Notes under the pieces: generated by a model
The model's input: only the letters and a program-made list of their open reading frames with translations
The model's database searches: none
Told to the model about the DNA's origin: nothing
Origin: Catajapyx aquilonaris
Lineage: Eukaryota
NCBI GenBank assembly: GCA_000934665.2
Contig: KZ538422.1
Location: 52,145-72,144, forward strand
Direction: 5' to 3'
DNA: 20,000 nt
Translations under genes and position numbers: made by a program
In this document: piece after piece, positions 19,102 to 20,000 of the stretch
How positions within the stretch are numbered: the first letter of the stretch is position 1
Layout of the letters: every line of letters starts with the position of its first letter

Positions 19102-20000
19102 GGCTAGACACTCAACAATGATGGAGGTGTACGACATTATTTTCTTGCAACAATCCCCCTGGGCAGGCGCGTTTTTTTTAAAATGCTACATCTACCTGAC
19201 TAATGACGTTTCAATTTTTAAAAATTAATTATTACGCGATCATAAAACACACCAGTCAGAAAATCTTCATGGTTTCACATATTTATTTAATAATTCTCTC
19301 TAGCTAGTAGCATAATTCAGTACACAATTTTTGTACACATTTGAAAGTAAAATAATATGACATTTAAATTTTCCACAGGAAAATGCAAGTTTGAATTTTG
19401 CAACATTCGCAGTCGAAAAGAACAACACATGCAGCAGTTAAGTACATGGACTTGTCGAGAGACTTAATTATTAGTCCACCCTTGGTAGCCTTACAGACAT
19501 AATTTTTCATAATAAACATTTCAGGCAAATAAACAAACCATCGAAAAGACAAGCAATCATCAAAAAACGCCATCCTGATATTTCTACATCGTTCGCTATA
19601 GGCCTCGTGCATATTCGGATTTTCTGACACGCAGCGCCCCTACCGGCCGGGCGCTGCATCTAACAGTGGGGGCTGGGCCGCTGGCGGGAGAAAGTGGACG
19701 AGGCACATGCATTACGGGCCCGACGAAACGCGTCCTCTGAGAGCCTCAGACATCATGACAACGGTCTGTCTGGGGGTTTGAGGCCCTTTTATTTGAGGAC
19801 AACCGTTTCAGGACTTCCTCACTTATGAACAGTCATCATGTCTGCTGCGTCAGAGAGACCCTCAACAAGCAGGGAGGGCTGTCCTCCAGCACGATCGCGG
19901 CTCTAGTACGGCGGCTTATTGAAAGTATTATGCACTTCGAGCCAAAAGCGATTTTAATTTTTTTTTTCGTGATGTACGCACCATAAGGAGCATTTTGAGG

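Noticed and set aside
1..20000. CRISPR array or prokaryotic operon/defence system
   Set aside because: No regularly spaced repeat-spacer units, low coding density, and the spliceosomal introns and SINEs show eukaryotic DNA.

Overview
Eukaryotic genomic DNA, AT-rich and repeat-dense, probably from an invertebrate/arthropod (inferred from the gene and SINE types). The main feature is a spliced + strand gene of the TP53INP/DOR (diabetes and obesity regulated) family. It has four coding exons (7176-7305, 7386-7752, 12053-12272, 12334-12486; 870 nt, 289 aa), canonical GT-AG introns with matching phases, an N-terminal LIR-type motif (EDDWVFV) and the conserved SWFLTPPPCF...ETSPMENLLIEHPSMSVY block. 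The introns and flanks hold many small mobile elements: three tRNA-derived SINEs (two with clear TSDs), several Tc1/mariner-type MITEs (one with a nested hairpin insertion), a hAT MITE with an 8-bp TSD, a piggyBac-like element flanked by ATAT, and a decayed Tc1 transposase. The most unusual item is an orphan PIWI-clade Argonaute C-terminal fragment (17269-17478) with the last catalytic His replaced by Glu. It sits in a mosaic of foldback DNA and filler sequence downstream of the gene. A perfect spacer-less 78-bp palindrome and a perfect 22-bp intronic hairpin also stand out. Most ORFs in the supplied track are spurious. All calls were made by eye and no database searches were run.
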